Shown here in pieces: positions 9,391-21,155 of a DNA stretch of 64,000 nt (position 1 is the first letter of the stretch; the number at the start of each line of letters is the position of its first letter). The translations under genes and the position numbers were made by a program. Location of the stretch: positions 17,973-81,972 of the forward strand of contig JBAZSZ010000001.1 in the NCBI GenBank assembly GCA_041662205.1, given 5' to 3'. The notes beneath the pieces are model-generated. The model was not told where the DNA came from and ran no database searches. It saw only the letters and a program-made list of their open reading frames with translations. Origin of the DNA: Minisyncoccota bacterium (GTDB lineage: Bacteria; Patescibacteriota; Minisyncoccia; Phycocordibacterales; UBA9973).

Positions 9391-9810
9391 ATGACAAAAA
9401 AACTTTATAAAAAAATAAAAAATAGTAGGGGATTCGTAATACTTTTTGCAGTAACGCTTTCCGCTATTTTTTTGTCTATCGCCCTAGGTGTTTCTAATAT
9501 AACTTTTCGAGAAATAAGATTTAGTACTTCTGCCAAAGATACCAATAATGCTTTTTTTGCTGCTGATAGTGGTGTTGAACAGGCGCTTTTAAATGAAAAA
9601 TCAGGAACTCCCTGTGCTGATGGTTTGCTTTGTGAGTATATATTTTTGGGTTTTGGGAACAATAATCAATCTTGCGCCATAGTAACTGTGGACAAGATAG
9701 GTTCAACTGTGGTTGTTGTTTCAAAAGGATATAATATTGGTGACTCATCTTGTAATTCGACGAATCCAAATCGCGTTGAGCGCCAAGTTGAAATAAGTTA
9801 CTTAAAATAG
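9391..9810 (+). CDS. PilX-like minor pilin (lacks Glu5)
   Basis: RG|FVILFAV without E5; AFFAADSGVEQAL. Confidence 0.75.
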   Translation: MTKKLYKKIKNSRGFVILFAVTLSAIFLSIALGVSNITFREIRFSTSAKDTNNAFFAADSGVEQALLNEKSGTPCADGLLCEYIFLGFGNNNQSCAIVTVDKIGSTVVVVSKGYNIGDSSCNSTNPNRVERQVEISYLK

Positions 9811-9817
9811 TTTTTAA

Positions 9818-11962
<2,145 letters not shown>

Positions 11963-12769
11963 TTAATCGTCTTTTTCTCTTTGTTGATTTTCCCTGTCTT
12001 GTTCACGATCGGAGTCGGATTCTCTATTCTCGTTTCTTAATTCATCTTTTATTTTATTCGCATTATTTCGAGCAGTGTCTGAAATATTAGTATTGTTCTC
12101 ATCTTTTTCTATATCGTGAATTTTTGTGTTATTTTTCTCACGAATATCATCTAATACTTGAGCGTGTGTGTTCATTTGATTTTGGAATTCGATAATTATA
12201 TTATCTTTTACTTTATTATCTGAGGACTCTTCTTCTTTGGGAATATCGTTCAAAGTTTTACTTAAAGTATTAGTATGATTTATCAGGAGGTCATTCAACT
12301 GTCTTTCTTTTTCATTATCAAGTTTATCTTGATTGGCTAGAGTTTCAGCTTCCACCATGCGTCCTATTGCTAAAGAACTCTCGTACCTTGCCTCTGATTC
12401 TTTGGAAAGCATCATGCGAGAATAAGTAGGTTCCACAACCTTAACTTTGAGCGGATAAAAAATATTTCCAGGCAAACTTTTTTGAGAAGCAATAACTACT
12501 CCACTGCCGAAAATAATCATCATGCAGGGAACAAATCCATAATGAATTAATCTATTTTTTTGTAAATTAAATATAAATGAATGAAAAGACCAAGGGTTTT
12601 TGATATGGGTGTTAGACAAGGTGGGGGAGTTTAAAATTTTTAAAAGCATGAAATTCTTTTCTCCAGTGGTCATTTTGATTTGTTTAATTTCTTTTACCCC
12701 GATATTTATTTTTTTATCTATTTTTTTGTTTTGCATATAATTTACATTATTTGTACTAATCATTATCAT
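11963..12769 (-). CDS. Probable anti-sigma factor (DUF5667-like membrane protein)
   Basis: Overlaps the ECF sigma gene; one TM followed by SLPGNIFYPLK motif. Confidence 0.7.
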   Translation of the reverse strand: MIMISTNNVNYMQNKKIDKKINIGVKEIKQIKMTTGEKNFMLLKILNSPTLSNTHIKNPWSFHSFIFNLQKNRLIHYGFVPCMMIIFGSGVVIASQKSLPGNIFYPLKVKVVEPTYSRMMLSKESEARYESSLAIGRMVEAETLANQDKLDNEKERQLNDLLINHTNTLSKTLNDIPKEEESSDNKVKDNIIIEFQNQMNTHAQVLDDIREKNNTKIHDIEKDENNTNISDTARNNANKIKDELRNENRESDSDREQDRENQQREKDD

Positions 12770-13286
12770 ATCTCATTTCTTTTCGTAATTCTAATAATCC
12801 TCTATTTATCCTTACTGATGCGGCATTTTCTGATATTCCTAAAATATTACCAATTTCCTTCGGAGATAAATCTTCCACAAAACGTAGGTAAATCGGATTT
12901 TGTGATGTTGGTGTCAATTTATTTATTTTATCCAAAAGATATCTTCCTTCTGCTTCAATATTTATACTATCTCTTGTTTTTTCGTCTATTAAATCATACT
13001 TATATTCGAAATTTTCTTTCTCATTATCCATTATTCCTTCTAATGATATACTTTTCTTTTTACGATACCAATCAATAATCAGGTGACGAGCTACGGTAAA
13101 AATAAAAGCTTTAAAATTGAGTATTTCCTTGTTCTCTTTAAAGCTTTGCCATAGACGTAAAAAGACCTCCTGAGTTATATCCAATGCCTGTTCTTTGTTC
13201 GAAACACGAAATAAGCAAAATCTAAAGACTGCATCGGATTCTTCTCTAAATATTTTTTCAAATTTTTTAGTAATATTTTCTTCCAT
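12756..13286 (-). CDS. ECF-family RNA polymerase sigma factor
   Basis: Region 2 DITQEVFLRLW...FTVARHLIIDWYRK; region 4 LSPKEIGNILGISENAASVRINRG. Confidence 0.92.
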   Translation of the reverse strand: MEENITKKFEKIFREESDAVFRFCLFRVSNKEQALDITQEVFLRLWQSFKENKEILNFKAFIFTVARHLIIDWYRKKKSISLEGIMDNEKENFEYKYDLIDEKTRDSINIEAEGRYLLDKINKLTPTSQNPIYLRFVEDLSPKEIGNILGISENAASVRINRGLLELRKEMRYDND

Positions 13287-13292
13287 TTATTA

Positions 13293-13318
13293 AGACGTAT
13301 AGATAATAAATTTCTTAC
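13293..13318 (-). promoter_or_regulatory. ECF-type autoregulatory promoter of the sigma gene
   Basis: Minus strand GTAAG-N16-CGTCT, 6 nt before the ATG. Confidence 0.7.
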
Positions 13319-13366
13319 TGATTACCTTGATAATATAAAATACAATATAAAATTGATTGTGTCTAG

Positions 13367-13392
13367 GTAAGAATGAGGTTTCCGGAACGTCT
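13367..13392 (+). promoter_or_regulatory. ECF-type promoter of the cytochrome b5 gene
   Basis: GTAAG-N16-CGTCT, same boxes and spacing as the divergent promoter. Confidence 0.7.
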
Positions 13393-13476
13393 GTTAAAAT
13401 ACGGGTCGAACCGTTTAGTGTATTTTAAGTCATTAATATTAATTAACAATTAAATTATAAATTAAAAGGAAAAGAT

Positions 13477-14223
13477 ATGAAAAAAATAATAAAATCATTA
13501 GGTTTATTGGCAATTGTTTTCTCGGTATCAGTTTTAGGATTTGGTGCTAATTTTGCGCAGGCTGTTGATTATACGGCTGCGGATGTTGCATCACATAGCA
13601 CATCAGCAAGTTGCTGGGTGATCATTAACAACACTGTTTATGATTTAACCAACTTTATTCCATTGCACCCAGGAGGACCAGCAATAATAATATCAGTCTG
13701 TGGAAAGGATGGTACAACATTGTTTAATAGTGGGCCTCATCCAGATACTGCCATCAATGCTCTTAGTTCTTATATCATAGGTAACTTAGCAGCAGTTCCA
13801 GTTCTTACCACTATCAACGTTACTCCCGCTACTCCAGCAGTAGTTGTTGGTAATACCCAGCAAATGACTGCCACCACTTTAGATCAAAATGGTGCAGCTA
13901 TCTCTGCGACAGTTTCTTGGACAAGTTCTAACCCAGCGGTCGGAACGATTAATCCTACCACTGGATTGTTTACCGCTGTCGCTGCCGGAACCACTACTCT
14001 AACTGCTACCAGTGGTGCAGTCACAGGTTCAACCGTTGCTACAGTTACTGCGGCACCAGCTCCAATACCACCTTCAGTTCATCATGACGATGATGATGAC
14101 GAAAGTGAAATTGAAGACAGAGATGGGTCAAATAAGTCAGAGTCAGAGAAGGAAAAAAAGACAAATAACGGTAGATATGAAAAAAATAGTAACTACAAAA
14201 ATCGAGGGAGTCATAAAGACTAG
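13477..14223 (+). CDS. Secreted cytochrome b5-like heme-binding protein with Ig-like (Big_2) domain
   Basis: Signal peptide; CWVIINNTVYDLT..HPGG..CGKDGT..H; WTSSNPAVGTI Ig motif; charged tail. Confidence 0.85.
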   Translation: MKKIIKSLGLLAIVFSVSVLGFGANFAQAVDYTAADVASHSTSASCWVIINNTVYDLTNFIPLHPGGPAIIISVCGKDGTTLFNSGPHPDTAINALSSYIIGNLAAVPVLTTINVTPATPAVVVGNTQQMTATTLDQNGAAISATVSWTSSNPAVGTINPTTGLFTAVAAGTTTLTATSGAVTGSTVATVTAAPAPIPPSVHHDDDDDESEIEDRDGSNKSESEKEKKTNNGRYEKNSNYKNRGSHKD

Positions 14224-14243
14224 AAAGACAACTTGATAAATTC

Positions 14244-14277
14244 ACAACAAAACCACTCAATTGAGTGGTTTTGTTGT
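14244..14277. terminator. Perfect 34-bp palindrome, probable terminator
   Basis: acaacaaaaccactcaa|ttgagtggttttgttgt. Confidence 0.75.
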
Positions 14278-14428
14278 TGGAGAATTAATTAAGACATTGA
14301 TTTTATTCATAAATTTATTTTTTAAGAATTTGAGATTTGTGGATAAACCAACTGCCCAATTAGCTTTTTGGATGTATAATAAAAATATTAAGTTTTAATT
14401 AATTAATAATTAATTTAACTTTTTAAAA

Positions 14429-16618
14429 ATGAAGAAAATACAAATAGGTTTATTTTTTTTGATTGTGTTTGTTTGCGGAATCTTTGGTTTAGCAAAAAGT
14501 TCTTTAGCCGCGACTTATTATGCATCACCAGCTGGTAGTGGTGCAAGTTGTGCCAACACTACACCATGTGCTCTTACTTCTGGAGTGAGCAAGCTAGTGG
14601 CTGGAGATACACTTTTTCTTAAAGACGGAACTTATAACAGTGGTATCACTGTTGGGTCTTCTGGTACGGCCAGCAATCCAATAACCATAAAAGCGGAAAA
14701 TGATGGAATGGCTATTGTGGATGGGCAGGGACAAAAGGAACCATTGGTGATTATTGGAAAGAGTTACATTAATGTAGAAGGTATTGTTTTTCAAAATGCG
14801 GTTTATGATGTTATTAAAGTCAGTGGAGGATCATCTCATATTAATTTACGACGACTCTCGGCGTATAATGCCGGCAATGGTAATTATCATCTAGTTTTAG
14901 TTTGGAATTCTAGTTATGTTTTAGTAGAAGACAGCGTAGCATCACAGACTAGTGGTTCAAACAAGTCCGGCCGATATTGTTTTATTTCACATGCCGGTGC
15001 TAATCACAATACTTTTAGGCGTAATTACTGTGATTATTTTAGTCACACTGGCGGCGGCGGTCCTTGTTCTGCAGCAGTTGATTATGGTGGTAGCTATGAT
15101 TTATGGGAAAACAATGTTTTTGATGTTTCTAAAATGCCAGCTGGATGCAGTAATGTATCTTACCAATTCGCAATTTTTGGTGAAGGACTTTACAATGACA
15201 CTTCGCATAATAAATGGTATGGTAATGTCGCTATTGGTGGACCAAATACTGAAAAGGCAGTTTTAGGGGAAACTGATGGATCAGCGCACTCAGTAAAGAA
15301 TTGGGAATTTTATGATAATGTGTTTCTCAACGCAAAAGAGGGAGTTGTAAATATTGGAGCAGCCGATGGTGCTGGTTGGATTTTTAAAAACAATACAGTA
15401 GCTAACATGTCTCAAGCAGAAGGCCTGTGGTCACTGGGGTCTGGTGCTACGATTACTGCTGGGAATAATTCTTTTTTTTCTAGTGCAACAGGGGTAAGGG
15501 TTGGGAACAATGGTTCTCTTTCTAGTCGTTATAATAATTTTTCTTCTATTGCCACACTTTATAGTGGGACTATTAGCGACAAGACTGGTGATAAAACTTT
15601 GTCGGCTGGTTACAATACTGCAACTTATGGTAAGGGTGCTTATTTAATGATTCCATTATCTCTAAATGGTCAAGGGGAAAACGGAAACAATATTGGTGCG
15701 GAAGTGCTTTTTCAATATATAAATGGACAAAAAACAAATATACCTCTTTGGCCGTGGCCGATGGAAGATCGGATCAAGAATGAAATATCTGGGAGTTCAG
15801 TTACCTATGAATCTGGAGGTGGTCTTTGGAAAACTCTAAATGGAGCTTACTCAACACCAACGCCAATACCCACTCCAATCTTTACTCCTACGCCCACTCC
15901 AACACCTGCTCCAGTTCCAACTACGAACCCTCAAGTTACAGTCAACGCTACACAGGTCGCTCCCGGAACAACAGTCACTGTTAAAGCGAGTGGAGGAAAT
16001 AGTGGTGCCAAGGAATGGGTGGCTCTCTACTTGGCTTCTAATCCGGATTCCGCCTATAGTGTGAATCAGAATTGGAAATATTTAAATGGATTACAAACAT
16101 CACCGTCTGCTGGCTTGAGTTCAGCTACGCTTCAATTTACTATGCCAATCACTCCGGGTGTCTATAATTTCAGATACTTTCCGGAAGTTGGTTTTGAAAC
16201 ACGCTTAGCAATCAGTCCGAATGTTGTTGTAGTCGTTCCAACCCCAACCCCAACACCAACCCCAACTCCAACACCTATCCCAATCTCTACCCCTGCGCCT
16301 ACACCCACTCCAGCACTTATTCCCACACCTATCCCAATTCCTACCCCTGCGCCTACTCCTACCCCAATTCTAAAACCATACTTTTTTTATCGAAATCTTT
16401 ATTTAAACATGAAAGGAGAAGATATTAAAGAACTTCAGAAATTCCTCAATACTCATCAATTTATCATTTCAAATTCTGGAATTGGTTCGCCTGGTAATGA
16501 ATCTATTTTTTTTGGTGCAAAGACAAAAAAAGCTCTTGCAAGATTCCAATTGTCAATAAGGCTTCCGTCCACTGGTTTCTTTGGACCGATGACAAGAGAG
16601 TATATAAATAAAAGGTAG
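14429..16618 (+). CDS. Secreted right-handed beta-helix protein with Pro-Thr linkers and C-terminal peptidoglycan-binding domain
   Basis: Signal peptide, [26 protein letters not shown] beta-helix start; PT repeats; [12 protein letters not shown]...[11 protein letters not shown]-binding motif. Confidence 0.8.
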   Translation: MKKIQIGLFFLIVFVCGIFGLAKSSLAATYYASPAGSGASCANTTPCALTSGVSKLVAGDTLFLKDGTYNSGITVGSSGTASNPITIKAENDGMAIVDGQGQKEPLVIIGKSYINVEGIVFQNAVYDVIKVSGGSSHINLRRLSAYNAGNGNYHLVLVWNSSYVLVEDSVASQTSGSNKSGRYCFISHAGANHNTFRRNYCDYFSHTGGGGPCSAAVDYGGSYDLWENNVFDVSKMPAGCSNVSYQFAIFGEGLYNDTSHNKWYGNVAIGGPNTEKAVLGETDGSAHSVKNWEFYDNVFLNAKEGVVNIGAADGAGWIFKNNTVANMSQAEGLWSLGSGATITAGNNSFFSSATGVRVGNNGSLSSRYNNFSSIATLYSGTISDKTGDKTLSAGYNTATYGKGAYLMIPLSLNGQGENGNNIGAEVLFQYINGQKTNIPLWPWPMEDRIKNEISGSSVTYESGGGLWKTLNGAYSTPTPIPTPIFTPTPTPTPAPVPTTNPQVTVNATQVAPGTTVTVKASGGNSGAKEWVALYLASNPDSAYSVNQNWKYLNGLQTSPSAGLSSATLQFTMPITPGVYNFRYFPEVGFETRLAISPNVVVVVPTPTPTPTPTPTPIPISTPAPTPTPALIPTPIPIPTPAPTPTPILKPYFFYRNLYLNMKGEDIKELQKFLNTHQFIISNSGIGSPGNESIFFGAKTKKALARFQLSIRLPSTGFFGPMTREYINKR
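16237..16366 (+). repeat. Pro-Thr low-complexity linker repeat (second block at ~15851-15920)
   Basis: Imperfect ccaacc/ccwacy tandem units encoding (PT)n. Confidence 0.8.
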
Positions 16619-16656
16619 TCTCTTGTTTGCACTCAGAAACCCTTTTCAAAAAATCG

Positions 16657-16741
16657 CGGAGGGTAGGAGATTCGAACTCCTGGTGGATTGCTCCACACAC
16701 GCTTTCCAAGCGTGCGCACTAGACCGCTATGCGAACCCTCC
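16657..16741 (-). tRNA. tRNA-Ser(GGA)
   Basis: Minus strand GGAGGGTTCGCATAGCGGTCTAGTGCGCACGCTTGGAAAGCGTG...GTTCGAATCTCCTACCCTCCG; long variable arm; CCA not encoded. Confidence 0.95.
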
Positions 16742-16819
16742 AAATAAACACTTGTATTTAATTTACATTATTTTTAACAAAAAGAAAACTTTTATGCTAT
16801 CTTTAGTTGTAAGATTTAT

Positions 16820-17581
16820 ATGAAAAATATTTTACTTTTGAATAAAAAAGAAGGGGAAACACCTCTTATGGTGTTGAATAATTTTTGTAAGAAACATAAG
16901 AAATACAAAGATGTAAAAATGACCTATGCGGGTAGGTTAGATCCGATGGCGAGAGGACTTCTCTTAGTGTTGTCGGGTGAAGAAGTAAAAAATAAAGAAA
17001 AATATTTGAATTTAGAAAAAGAATATGATTTTGAAATTCTTTTCGGTTTTACAACTGACACTTATGATATTTTAGGCAAAGTAACATCTTCAGCTAGTCT
17101 TGGCCTAGATGAATTAACAGAAAAAGAAATAAAAAAACATTTAAAAAGTTTTTTAGGGGAGAGTGTTCAAAAATATCCTATTTATTCTTCAAAAACAGTA
17201 AAAGGTAAACCATTGTTTTCTTATGCTCGTAGAGGGGAAGAGGTGGAAGTGCCAGAAAGAAAAATTTTTATTAAGAAACTAAAATTAGAAAAAATAAGAG
17301 AAATAGACAATAAAAGATTGTTTAAAAATATAGAAAAAAGAATCAGAAATGTGAAAGGAGATTTTAGGCAAGATGAAATTTTAGAAATTTGGAGAAAAGA
17401 ATTAAATCTCCAACAAGAACCCCAGCAAGGGGAGTCCTTGCTGAAGATAGCGAGTTTTAAAATAAGGTGTAGCAGTGGTACTTATGTGAGAGTAATAGCA
17501 AATACACTTGGTAATAAATTAAAAATACCAGCCCTAGCTTTTTCAATAAAAAGGACAAAAGTAGGTAAATATGTGATATAA
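16820..17581 (+). CDS. truB: tRNA pseudouridine synthase TruB-like
   Basis: YAGRLDPMARGLL, TTDTYD, YPIYSSKTVKGKPL, CSSGTYVR. Confidence 0.82.
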   Translation: MKNILLLNKKEGETPLMVLNNFCKKHKKYKDVKMTYAGRLDPMARGLLLVLSGEEVKNKEKYLNLEKEYDFEILFGFTTDTYDILGKVTSSASLGLDELTEKEIKKHLKSFLGESVQKYPIYSSKTVKGKPLFSYARRGEEVEVPERKIFIKKLKLEKIREIDNKRLFKNIEKRIRNVKGDFRQDEILEIWRKELNLQQEPQQGESLLKIASFKIRCSSGTYVRVIANTLGNKLKIPALAFSIKRTKVGKYVI

Positions 17582-17593
17582 TTAGTAGATATT

Positions 17594-18796
17594 ATGTTAG
17601 ATATATATAAAATAAGGCAAGATTTTAAACTTTTAAATGGCAAAAATGCGCCAATTTATTTAGATAGTGGTTGTATGAGTTTGAAGCCGGATGTGGTAGT
17701 TGAAGCTATGAATGACTATTATTTTAATTACCCAGCTTGTGCTGGCAGAAGCGCACATAAATTGGGGGATAAAGTTACAAAAAAAGTAAAAGAAGCGAGA
17801 GGACTTATTGCAAAATTTATTAATGCAAAAGACGAAAACGAAATAATCTTTACTCGTAATACTACTGAGGGGATAAACTTGCTGGCGAATTCTTTGGGTT
17901 TGCAAAAAGGAGATATTGTTTTGATTTCTGACAAGGAACACAATTCTAATCTAGTCCCTTGGCTCTTGCTTCGAGATAGGGTAGGTATCGTGGTAAAAAT
18001 AATTCCTTCAAACGAAGACGGCAGTTTTAATTTAGATAATTTTTCTAAGTTAATCACTGGCGTTAAATTAGTTTCCATTGTGCATACCTCCAATTTAGAT
18101 GGTGTCACTAATCCGGCTAAAGAAATAATAGAAATTGCGCATAAAAATAATACCTTGGTTTGCTTGGACGTTGCGCAGAGTATTCCTCATAAGAAAATTG
18201 ATGTTCAAGATTTAGATGTTGATTTTCTAGCTTTTTCTGGTCACAAAATGCTTGGGCCTACTGGTACAGGAGTTTTTTATGGAAAATCTAAGTTACTAGA
18301 AAGACTTTCACCGTTTCTTGTCGGTGGAGATACGGTAGAATTTTCTACTTATGACAATTATAAAATGCTTCCCATCCCCGATAAATTTGAAGCTGGATTG
18401 CAGAATTACGCTGGGATTATTGGTTTCGGAGAAGCAGTAAAATATTTAAGTCAATTTGATTTTAATGATATTAGAGAACATGAACTTAAACTTAATACTT
18501 ATATAACAAGTGAATTGCGAAAAATTCCTCAGATAAAAATAATAGGTCCAGAGGATCCAAAATACAGATCTGGAATTATTGATTTTTATATTGAGGGTAT
18601 GGATATGCATAAGTTCGCAATAATGCTTGATGAAATGGCAAATATTGAAATCCGCTCTGGTCAACATTGTGTCCATTCTTGGTTCGCTGATAAAAAATGT
18701 TTAAATTCCGCACGAGTTAGTTTATATTTATATAATACAATAGAGGAAGCAGAAGCATTTATTATAAACCTAAATAAAATTATAAAAATACTATAA
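17594..18796 (+). CDS. Cysteine desulfurase, SufS/class II type
   Basis: FTRNTTEGIN, PLP Lys in FSGHKMLGPTG, catalytic Cys in RSGQHC. Confidence 0.88.
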   Translation: MLDIYKIRQDFKLLNGKNAPIYLDSGCMSLKPDVVVEAMNDYYFNYPACAGRSAHKLGDKVTKKVKEARGLIAKFINAKDENEIIFTRNTTEGINLLANSLGLQKGDIVLISDKEHNSNLVPWLLLRDRVGIVVKIIPSNEDGSFNLDNFSKLITGVKLVSIVHTSNLDGVTNPAKEIIEIAHKNNTLVCLDVAQSIPHKKIDVQDLDVDFLAFSGHKMLGPTGTGVFYGKSKLLERLSPFLVGGDTVEFSTYDNYKMLPIPDKFEAGLQNYAGIIGFGEAVKYLSQFDFNDIREHELKLNTYITSELRKIPQIKIIGPEDPKYRSGIIDFYIEGMDMHKFAIMLDEMANIEIRSGQHCVHSWFADKKCLNSARVSLYLYNTIEEAEAFIINLNKIIKIL

Positions 18797-18800
18797 ATTT

Positions 18801-19742
18801 ATGCCTTGTATAATAGCCTTAATTGTTTTTGGAATAATGGGAATATTTAGTGCTTCGCATCGAGCAGTCGCGAAAGAGGCTTTTGACTGTGTTTTTAGGA
18901 GAATTACTTTTCGTCCTTGTAATACTAATTTTCAGGAAAAAATAAAAGGAAAAATTTTATCAAAGATAATCACTCGTTCTACTTTCTTAGCTAGGATGGT
19001 CAATAAACATTATGAAATAATATCTTGGATATTTTTTATTTTAATGCTGGGCAGTACTTTTTATGTTTTACGTGGCGGATATAATTTTTATGTTTATGGC
19101 AGTTGTAATGGTTTGAATGCAAGCGGTTTTTGTGCTTTTGATCCAAGCGGAGAAAATAACAAAGTGACAGGGATAGGCGATAGTGAAGCTTGCGGAATCA
19201 CTCAAAAAATAGAGTCGAACATTACATTAAATGGCGTGGATCTTTCAAGTTTTCCAACTCAAAATATTGGCTCGAAAGACACTATAGTATTTATTGGCTG
19301 TTATGCTTGTGATTATAGCCGAAAAGCTTTTCCTGATATTCAAAGATTAATAAAAGATAAACAGACAAATTTCATCTTTGCTCATTATCCAGCCAAAGGA
19401 GATACGACATTTTTGGCGGAGGCAGGGTATGCAATTAGAAATCTTTATGGGGACGAGGCCTTTTGGAAATTGAATGATTATTTATTTACTGCCGATAAAA
19501 ATTACATTTTAGATAAAACAAATCTAAATACTATTTTGACTGATCTTGGTTTTGACGCCCAAAAAGTAAATGTGCTTGCGAATAGTCCGGAAACAAAAAT
19601 TGCCGTAGAAAATCAAGTAAAAGAACTCAACAAGACAGGCCTTTATGGTACACCGACTATTTTTATAAATGGCAAAGCTTTTGTGGGACCTAAACCATAC
19701 CGAGTTTATAGTGTGCCTCTAAATAAATTTATTTTCTTTTAG
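18801..19742 (+). CDS. Membrane-bound DsbA/thioredoxin-fold protein with Cys-rich N-terminal domain
   Basis: CYAC motif, GLYGTPTIFING cis-Pro loop; N-terminal MPCII...DCVFRRITFRPC. Confidence 0.75.
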   Translation: MPCIIALIVFGIMGIFSASHRAVAKEAFDCVFRRITFRPCNTNFQEKIKGKILSKIITRSTFLARMVNKHYEIISWIFFILMLGSTFYVLRGGYNFYVYGSCNGLNASGFCAFDPSGENNKVTGIGDSEACGITQKIESNITLNGVDLSSFPTQNIGSKDTIVFIGCYACDYSRKAFPDIQRLIKDKQTNFIFAHYPAKGDTTFLAEAGYAIRNLYGDEAFWKLNDYLFTADKNYILDKTNLNTILTDLGFDAQKVNVLANSPETKIAVENQVKELNKTGLYGTPTIFINGKAFVGPKPYRVYSVPLNKFIFF

Positions 19743-19776
19743 GTTTTTTTATTATTAATTTAAAAATCAAAAATAT

Positions 19777-20175
19777 ATGAAAGGATATAACGTGAACATA
19801 GAGAAAGAAGCTTTGGAAAATACAAATTTTCGTAAAGTTTTATACACAGCAAAGCATTGCCAGCTAGTATTGATGAGTTTGAAGCCAAATGAAGAAATTG
19901 GAATGGAGGTGCATCCGGACAATGATCAATTTTTTCGTTTTGAAAAGGGAGAAGGAAAAGTTTTTATTGATGGAAATGAATATGCTGTTATGGATGGTTC
20001 TGCAATCATAGTTCCAGCTGGAGCAGAACATAACGTTGTTAATGTTTCAGATACAGAGGATTTAAAACTTTATACGATTTATTCTCCAGCTCATCATGAG
20101 GACGGCATAATAAGAGCCACAAAAATTGAGGCAGAAAAAGATAGTCCAGAATTTGAGGGGATAACTACAGAGTAA
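19777..20175 (+). CDS. Cupin-domain protein
   Basis: EIGMEVHPDNDQFFRFEKG; VPAGAEHNVVN. Confidence 0.9.
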   Translation: MKGYNVNIEKEALENTNFRKVLYTAKHCQLVLMSLKPNEEIGMEVHPDNDQFFRFEKGEGKVFIDGNEYAVMDGSAIIVPAGAEHNVVNVSDTEDLKLYTIYSPAHHEDGIIRATKIEAEKDSPEFEGITTE

Positions 20176-20215
20176 GAAAAAAGACAAAAACATAAAAATG
20201 GGGTAAAATAGAAAG

Positions 20216-21142
20216 ATGATATTTTCAGCTATATTAACTGTAATAGGTCTTTCTCTTTTTGAGTCTATTTCATCAGTAGATAATGCGATAATCAACGCGG
20301 AGGTTCTTTCTACTATGGGGGAAAAGGCTAAAAAATGGTTTTTGACCTGGGGGATACTTTTTGCTGTGTTTATTGTTCGGGGGCTTCTCCCTTTTATAAT
20401 AATTTGGGTTTTTAATCCAACTCTTTCAGTTTTTCAGGTTTTATCTGCCGCTTGGTCTTCTGATCCGTTAGTTCAAGAATCAATCCATAAATCAGCTCCA
20501 ATTTTATTAATAGCTGGCGGAGTTTTCCTTTTGTTTTTGTTTTTACATTGGTTATTTCTGGAAGATAAAAAAATGGGTTTACCTTTAGCAGAAAAATTTT
20601 TTATGGCAAAGGGGGTTTGGTTTTATGCAATTGTTTCTGTTTTGTTGGCTGTCATTTCATGGTTTGCCTTACAGCAAAATAATTTGATGGCTTTTGGAGC
20701 AGTAGTCGGTTCAAGCCTGTTTTTTATTACCCATGGTTTTAAACAAAATGCGGAAGAAGAAGAAAGAAGATTGCTCAGTAGTGGACGTTCAGACCTGAGC
20801 AAGCTTTTTTTCTTAGAAATTATTGATACAACTTTTTCTATTGACGGAGTGCTTGGAGCTTTTGCTTTCACTTTATCTATTCCTTTAATTTTAATTGGAA
20901 ATGGTTTAGGAGCTCTTTTGGTGCGGCAGTTTACTATCAGCAACATAGAAAGAATCAAAAAATATGTTTATTTAAAAAACGGAGCGATGTATTCTATTCT
21001 TGTTTTAGGAATCATTATGATATTGCATAGTTTTGGATTTTCTATACCAGAATACATATCTCCGCTTTGTACTTTTATTATAATTGGATTTTTCTTTTGG
21101 AAATCTAGAGTATATATTTCTTTAAATTTAGAGCAAAGTTAA
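20216..21142 (+). CDS. DUF475 / TerC-like integral membrane protein
   Basis: ESISSVDNAIINA, LEIIDTTFSIDGVLGAFA, YLKNGAMYSI. Confidence 0.85.
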   Translation: MIFSAILTVIGLSLFESISSVDNAIINAEVLSTMGEKAKKWFLTWGILFAVFIVRGLLPFIIIWVFNPTLSVFQVLSAAWSSDPLVQESIHKSAPILLIAGGVFLLFLFLHWLFLEDKKMGLPLAEKFFMAKGVWFYAIVSVLLAVISWFALQQNNLMAFGAVVGSSLFFITHGFKQNAEEEERRLLSSGRSDLSKLFFLEIIDTTFSIDGVLGAFAFTLSIPLILIGNGLGALLVRQFTISNIERIKKYVYLKNGAMYSILVLGIIMILHSFGFSIPEYISPLCTFIIIGFFFWKSRVYISLNLEQS

Positions 21143-21155
21143 GAAATGCAAAGAA

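Noticed and set aside
15851-16366. Periodic C-rich repeats resembling a CRISPR or VNTR array
   Set aside because: They encode Pro-Thr linkers; there are no constant repeats with unique spacers and no cas genes.
11963-16656. Integrated island at tRNA-Ser
   Set aside because: Accessory content is present, but no integrase or duplicated tRNA 3' end was found, so it was not called as a mobile element.
16503-16823. Short ORFs 16503-16709 (-) and 16623-16823 (+)
   Set aside because: They overlap tRNA-Ser and are spurious.
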